A DNA stretch of 64,000 bases from Chitinivibrionales bacterium (GTDB taxonomy: Bacteria > Fibrobacterota > Chitinivibrionia > Chitinivibrionales > WJKA01). The stretch is taken from positions 1 to 64,000 of the forward strand of contig JBBRUX010000006.1 in assembly GCA_038247415.1 (NCBI GenBank), given 5' to 3'. Of this stretch, positions 58,914 through 64,000 are shown piece after piece. How positions within the stretch are numbered: position 1 is the stretch's first letter; each line of letters begins with the position of its first letter. Made by a program: the position numbers and the translations under genes. The notes under the pieces are model-generated. The model saw nothing but the letters and a program-made list of their open reading frames with translations. It was not told the origin of the DNA and did no database searches.

Positions 58914-61900
58914 ATGATGGCATCAGATTTTCCTCCTAAAAAGGATGGGAAAAAAAATAATTCGCGCAATAAGGAATATGAGCTTCCTTTGTTGTTTGGG
59001 CCCCCAGCCTCGCTTTCTGGGGCAGAAGCAGTGTCTGCGACTTTGCGCGATGCAGGGGAAATATCTGGTATTCGACTCCCAACGCAATTTATCGCAACGC
59101 ACGAATTAGATCCAAATCAACCTACGATGCCTCGGTATACGCTTCTTGAAAAAATTGCCCGTGGCGGGATGAGCGTTGTTTACGACGCGTTTGATTGTGA
59201 CCTAAAGCGTGATGTGGCGGTTAAAGTGTGTCAAACGGGCGGGGCACGAGAACGGCTGCGTCTCATTGAGGAGGCGCAGATTACCGGTCAGCTTGAACAT
59301 CCCGGAATTGTCCCTGTTCATGAGATTGGTGTAGCTGCGGATGGAAATTTCTTTTTTACCATGAAACTGGTTAATGGGAAAAGCCTTAAGGAAGTTATTG
59401 ACGAGATACAAGCCGGTCCTACTCATAGACCCCCAGAGTATTCTGAAAGCTCTCTTTTGCTTGCCTTTATTAATGTATGCAATGCTATGGCGTTTGCGCA
59501 CGCAAAGGGTGTTGTGCATCGCGATCTTAAACCTGCTAACATAATGATGGGCAAATTTGGGGAAGTTCTGGTTATGGATTGGGGTTTGGCTAAAATTAAG
59601 GGTACGGTTGAACGGTTTTCTCCCAAAGATTCTACGCAAGAAGGCCCAACGAATCTTGATGACTCTTCTCAAATACTCCATAGCCAAGAATCGTCCATTC
59701 GAAGCATGCGTGAAGATACTGGGGTTGAGCTCACCATGGATGGCGCAGTTATTGGAACTCCCGCGTATATGGCACCCGAGCAAGCGAGAGGCAAGATAGA
59801 TGAAGTAGATGAACAGAGTGATATCTATTCGCTTGGTGCAATACTCTACGAAATCCTAACTTTGTCCAGAGCGGTTGATGGAACTACTATCACCGAGCTT
59901 ATGTCGACCGTTATAAATGGATGTATCGTCCCTCCTCATATTAAAAAGCCCGGGGTATCCCCAGAGCTCTCGGCAATTGCCCTTAAAGCTTTGGCGTGCA
60001 AAAAAAAATTCAGATATATAACAGTAAATGAACTCAGAGAAGATGTTCAGCGCTATCTTGAGGGCCGTTCGGTAAGTGCTAAAACAGACTCGGCATATGA
60101 ACGAGTAGTTAAATTTGTAAAGAGAAATAAAATTCTTTCAGGTTCCGCAATCGCTATTTTTGGGATCGTAGTTTTTTCACTTTTTGTTAATATGCATCAG
60201 CGGTCTTTAACCGAAAAAGCTTTTGTAAACTATAAGGTTGAGCAAAAGGCCCGCGAATCTCTTATCGCTCGTGATTTTTATGAATGTCAACGCCAATGGG
60301 TCTGTGTGTTTTCAGAAGATTTTTCGGATACAAATGTTCGCGATCGATGGGATGTATCGTATGGGGCATTTAATGTTGATCGTGCCCATCAGGGATTTTC
60401 AAATTTAAAAGTCCCCATTAAAGTTGATAATCGGATGCTTCATCTCACTGGTGGATTGCCGCAGTGTCTCACACTGAAAGTACCTATTCGTGGTGATTGT
60501 GCCATAGAATTTGATTGTATTCAGCCCGGAATATATCGTAATGATATCAGCTGTTTTATTGGTGCAATGGGATCATCGTATTCCGAGAATATGCCCTATA
60601 CCGGATATTTGTTTCAATGTGGTGGTTTTGACAATACAAGAAACCTCATACGTCGAGCCGATGTAACACTCTGGCAACAATATGGAAAACCTATTGAGCA
60701 GGGTGCACGATACACGGTGCGGGCAGAGCGAGTAGGGGAGGTTCTTCGATTTATAGTCAATGGCGATACAATTGGGAGTATCGTTGATTCTCGTCCTCTC
60801 TATGGCGCCGATCATTCCCGGATTGGAATTTACGGATATCGTTCTGAGTGTTTATATGGGCCAATACGAATATATCGCATGGGGGTTCCTCTTAAAGATG
60901 ATTTGTTGGAAGTGGCACGATATAATCTGAAGCAAGGCAATTTTGAAACAGCGCGTGATTTGTTTGATGATATTGCTTCTGCAAGTTTTGATCCGTCTCG
61001 TAGAGAAACAGCAAAAGTTGAACTCGCAAAAACATTGCGCTTGCTAAAAATCAAGCAGATGGTTCCGGGGTATCGTGATATTTTAACAAAAAAATGGGGA
61101 ATTGATAATCCGCAGCTCGATGTTATGGATTACGGGTTGTATCTCGATTTGACAACCGCTACTCAATCGATAACGGATTTAGCACCGCTTATTGGTATTC
61201 CGTTAGGGAAATTTGAATTTGATGGGCTACCCATTAAATCGCTTGAACCTCTTCGTGGTATGACTCTTGTAAATATCATGATGCGAAATATGGTTGTCGT
61301 TACTCTTGAGCCATTGCGAGGGATGCCGTTGGAAGGTGTTGATATTAGCTATTCGCGCCAAATTGCCTCTATTGAACCAATTTCAAACCCTTCGCTTACC
61401 GAATTGCGGGCAAATAATTGTAGTATCTCCGATATTTCGGCTTTAAAAGAAACAAATCTTAAAGTTTTAGAATTAGCCAATAATTTGGTAGTGGATCTCT
61501 CCCCCTTACAAGGCTTGCCTTTAGAGGAAATGTTATTGTCAAATTGTGATGTAGCAGATTTGAGCCCTTTGCAGAATATGAAGCTTTTGATATTGAATGT
61601 TAACCGGGATAAACGTATAGCGGACCTAAGCCCCTTGACACATATGCCTCTTGTAAAGTTGTATCTCAAAGAAACAAGCATTCAATCGATTACGGCTCTT
61701 AAGGGAATGCCTTTGCGCATTTTAGATATTAGTCGAACTAAGATTTCTGATATAAGCTTTCTTGAAACGCTTCCACTTAATGAGTTAATCGCATTCGAGA
61801 CCAATATTACTTCGTTGAATCCTCTTTGTGGAAAAAAATTGACTAAGATTAATATCAGCAATACACAGGTAAAAGACCTTTCGCCATTAAGAGGAATGAA

Positions 61901-62534
61901 TATTAATGATTTAGGAATCTTTGGACTTCCCGTACCTGATTCAATGATAGCCGTGTTGGGAAAATTAACTCTAAGTTCCCTTGAGATTGATTGGCAAACA
62001 CAGAATGCCCAAAAAATGATTGTCCAACAAAAACACCTTTCGTTTATTAATCATTTCTCAATGTTATTTGTGCAAAAGCATATTGACGCTTTAAAAAGTG
62101 AAAATAATGTGAAAGAGTACGCTCAAAAATTAGCCACCTTAGGGAAACCCATTAATGGAAGGCATGTTGTAGGAATCCCCTTGCTCCTAACTCATGCCGA
62201 AGCGAATGAATGGTGTAAACGTCATGGTGGCAGCCTGTATGCTCCTGAAGGTGAAAAAGCTTTTAAGGAGTTGCGAATATATGTAGCCTCATTGTGCGAG
62301 ACTTATTCCGGAATTGGGATGGCGATTCCAATTGATCAGAGGTCACATCGATTTCGCTGGAGGGATGAATCGCTTGGGAATGAATGGTGGGCACAACCGA
62401 CCGATGAGTCTGCAGCATTGCAAACTGGATATGTTGAATTTATTGCATCAAGAGGTTTATGGTTCTCCGCACTCGAAAAAGAACAGCGGATATGCTTTAT
62501 AATGGAAATTGATAAAAAATATCTTGAAAATTGA
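58914..62534 (+). CDS. Hanks-type Ser/Thr kinase with TM, beta-sandwich, LRR and C-type-lectin-like domains
   Basis: ARGGMSVVY, VAVK, LEHPGIVPVH, HRDLKPANI, DWGLAK, GTPAYMAPE; TM; ~22-aa DLSPL.GMPL repeats; THAEANEWCKRHGGSL. Confidence 0.88.
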   Translation: MMASDFPPKKDGKKNNSRNKEYELPLLFGPPASLSGAEAVSATLRDAGEISGIRLPTQFIATHELDPNQPTMPRYTLLEKIARGGMSVVYDAFDCDLKRDVAVKVCQTGGARERLRLIEEAQITGQLEHPGIVPVHEIGVAADGNFFFTMKLVNGKSLKEVIDEIQAGPTHRPPEYSESSLLLAFINVCNAMAFAHAKGVVHRDLKPANIMMGKFGEVLVMDWGLAKIKGTVERFSPKDSTQEGPTNLDDSSQILHSQESSIRSMREDTGVELTMDGAVIGTPAYMAPEQARGKIDEVDEQSDIYSLGAILYEILTLSRAVDGTTITELMSTVINGCIVPPHIKKPGVSPELSAIALKALACKKKFRYITVNELREDVQRYLEGRSVSAKTDSAYERVVKFVKRNKILSGSAIAIFGIVVFSLFVNMHQRSLTEKAFVNYKVEQKARESLIARDFYECQRQWVCVFSEDFSDTNVRDRWDVSYGAFNVDRAHQGFSNLKVPIKVDNRMLHLTGGLPQCLTLKVPIRGDCAIEFDCIQPGIYRNDISCFIGAMGSSYSENMPYTGYLFQCGGFDNTRNLIRRADVTLWQQYGKPIEQGARYTVRAERVGEVLRFIVNGDTIGSIVDSRPLYGADHSRIGIYGYRSECLYGPIRIYRMGVPLKDDLLEVARYNLKQGNFETARDLFDDIASASFDPSRRETAKVELAKTLRLLKIKQMVPGYRDILTKKWGIDNPQLDVMDYGLYLDLTTATQSITDLAPLIGIPLGKFEFDGLPIKSLEPLRGMTLVNIMMRNMVVVTLEPLRGMPLEGVDISYSRQIASIEPISNPSLTELRANNCSISDISALKETNLKVLELANNLVVDLSPLQGLPLEEMLLSNCDVADLSPLQNMKLLILNVNRDKRIADLSPLTHMPLVKLYLKETSIQSITALKGMPLRILDISRTKISDISFLETLPLNELIAFETNITSLNPLCGKKLTKINISNTQVKDLSPLRGMNINDLGIFGLPVPDSMIAVLGKLTLSSLEIDWQTQNAQKMIVQQKHLSFINHFSMLFVQKHIDALKSENNVKEYAQKLATLGKPINGRHVVGIPLLLTHAEANEWCKRHGGSLYAPEGEKAFKELRIYVASLCETYSGIGMAIPIDQRSHRFRWRDESLGNEWWAQPTDESAALQTGYVEFIASRGLWFSALEKEQRICFIMEIDKKYLEN

Positions 62535-62623
62535 CAAATTAGCTATTGCGAAAATATGTCTTGCAAAATATGTTATATACATCGTATAATTCGTACTTGG
62601 CAATGTGGTAGTGCTTTGAACGT

Positions 62624-62860
62624 ATGACTGAAAAAAACAAACCGGATACAAAAAAGTATCGAACCGATTTTATCCGGGCAGCTAATATTTCTAGTGCCGG
62701 ATTTTCGCTTGTTATTTCAACCATACTTGGGGGCGGTTTAGGGTGGGTGCTCGATAAATATTTTCACACTTCCCCTGTTCTTTCAATTATTTTTTTTGTG
62801 CTTGGAATTATAAGTGGCTTTTACAGCATGTATCGCATAGTTCGGAATAACATTGAATAG
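62624..62860 (+). CDS. AtpZ/AtpI (ATP synthase gene 1, AtpQ-like) protein
   Basis: GGGLGWVLDKYFHTSP..LGIISGF. Confidence 0.88.
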   Translation: MTEKNKPDTKKYRTDFIRAANISSAGFSLVISTILGGGLGWVLDKYFHTSPVLSIIFFVLGIISGFYSMYRIVRNNIE

Positions 62861-63119
62861 TTTTTTTATTGGGACTGCGATAGGCTTGCTAGATTGTCTC
62901 GGTTTCTTTTACACGGTTAAGTTTCTTTTTGTCAATAAGACTATTAAAAATCCGTTTCTGTTTAGTTTTCTTGAAATTGGCCGATTGATTGCATGTGGTG
63001 TTATTCTTGTAACGCTGCTAAGAAGTAATCTAAATTTGTCGATTTATGTAGTTCTTGGTTGTGCAATTGCATTTTCATTTGGCGGAAAATTCTTTCTGAT
63101 TCTTAGAAAGACTCAATAA
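62853..63119 (+). CDS. ATP synthase accessory membrane protein (AtpI/AtpR-like)
   Basis: 88-aa hydrophobic ORF between gene 1 and atpB. Confidence 0.6.
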   Translation: MNSFFIGTAIGLLDCLGFFYTVKFLFVNKTIKNPFLFSFLEIGRLIACGVILVTLLRSNLNLSIYVVLGCAIAFSFGGKFFLILRKTQ

Positions 63120-63122
63120 ATT

Positions 63123-63833
63123 ATGGATCATACCGAAGCAGTTCTCCTTTCGTTTTTGCATTTTACCCTTCCAGGTTTAACGCATGCACAAACAATGGTT
63201 GTCGAGTACACCTGGATCGCTATTCTTCTTGTAATAGTGCCTTTGGCATTTGTTGCGGCTAATCTTAAGCGCGTCCCAAGAGGGTATCAAAATGTTGTTG
63301 AAAGTTTAATTGGTGCCTTAGAGGGCTATATCGTAACAATTGTTGGAACTGCTGGCCTCAAATATTTCACGCTTATTGCATCGGTATTTTTCTTTATTGC
63401 CGCAGCTAATTATCTTGGTTTGGTTCCAGGATGTCTGGCACCAACTGGCGCATTAACAACAAATGCTGCTTGGGCAATAATTGTTTTTGTATTTTATAAT
63501 TTTTTAGGTTTTCAGAAGCACGGTTTTATTGGATATATAAAGCATTTCTTTGGGCCAATCTGGTGGATGGCGCCAGTAGTTTTTGTGGTTGAGATAATTT
63601 CTCAGTTTGCACGACCACTTTCTCTTTCCTTTCGACTTTTTGCTAATTTGCTTGCTGGTGAAACAATTATAAAATTATTATTTTCGGTAGCGCTTGGATC
63701 GTTTTTGTTTTTTGTGCCTTCGTTTTGGATGCTCTGGGAAAGCATAATAACAGCCCCAATTCAGGCATTTGTTTTCTCTTTGCTCACTATGGTGTATATC
63801 GGTGGTGCAATTGGTAGCGATGAAGAGCATTAA
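63123..63833 (+). CDS. atpB: F0 ATP synthase subunit a
   Basis: VPRGYQNVVE, NYLGLVP, ARPLSLSFRLFAN, IQAFVFSLLT. Confidence 0.96.
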   Translation: MDHTEAVLLSFLHFTLPGLTHAQTMVVEYTWIAILLVIVPLAFVAANLKRVPRGYQNVVESLIGALEGYIVTIVGTAGLKYFTLIASVFFFIAAANYLGLVPGCLAPTGALTTNAAWAIIVFVFYNFLGFQKHGFIGYIKHFFGPIWWMAPVVFVVEIISQFARPLSLSFRLFANLLAGETIIKLLFSVALGSFLFFVPSFWMLWESIITAPIQAFVFSLLTMVYIGGAIGSDEEH

Positions 63834-63888
63834 TATTCATTTATTATAGTAACGATAATTCGTCTTTTTTTTAACGAAGGAGGATTCT

Positions 63889-64000
63889 ATGGAAGGACTT
63901 GCTGAAGGAAAAACATTGATTTCTGCAATGGCAGCTCTTGGAGCCGGACTTGCAATTGGCCTTGGTGCTATTGGTGCTGGTATTGGTATCGGTAATGCAA
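63889..64000 (+). CDS. atpE: F0 ATP synthase subunit c (5' part, cut by the window edge)
   Basis: ATG after GGAGGA; MEGLAEGKTLISAMAALGAGLAIGLGAIGAGIGIGNA. Confidence 0.9.
   Translation, partial: MEGLAEGKTLISAMAALGAGLAIGLGAIGAGIGIGNA

Noticed and set aside
62531..62575. TTGACA and a TTGC(G)AAAATATGT direct repeat before the atp operon
   Set aside because: Probably promoter sequence, but I could not fix a convincing -35/-10 pair

Overview
This is a gene-dense bacterial chromosome segment from a diderm organism (kdsB, Omp85 and porins are present). Gene content suggests Fibrobacterota, perhaps Chitinivibrionia-like; that is an inference. I found no IS element, prophage, rRNA or CRISPR array. 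Housekeeping genes: nth, tsaB, ddl, glyQS, polA, guaA, tRNA-Thr(CGT), trpS, kdsB, gatC, zapB-like/zapA/rny/ymdB and the start of the atp operon. A full phosphate operon is present in the order porin-pstS-pstC-pstA-phoU-phoB-phoR-pstB-phoU. Four things stand out. (1) A ~13 kb envelope locus (31.4-44.1 kb) encodes a frameshifted beta-helix/TSP3/OmpA protein, a beta-barrel-TPR fusion, a giant TPR protein, ExbB/TolQ, two ExbD/TolR proteins, a GltG/TonB-like protein and an outer-membrane barrel. It resembles the Agl-Glt motor core. A sugar ABC importer follows it, and a peptidase-propeller-Omp85 gene is divergent from it. (2) Ten CTAACA-like repeats in 11-bp phase (candidate Pho boxes) lie upstream of the pst operon. 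(3) The same phased motif recurs ~20 kb away before a PHP-glycosyltransferase fusion, suggesting a phosphate-starvation lipid-remodelling unit. (4) There is a receptor-like Ser/Thr kinase with LRR and lectin-like domains. All calls come from reading motifs by eye; no database searches were run.
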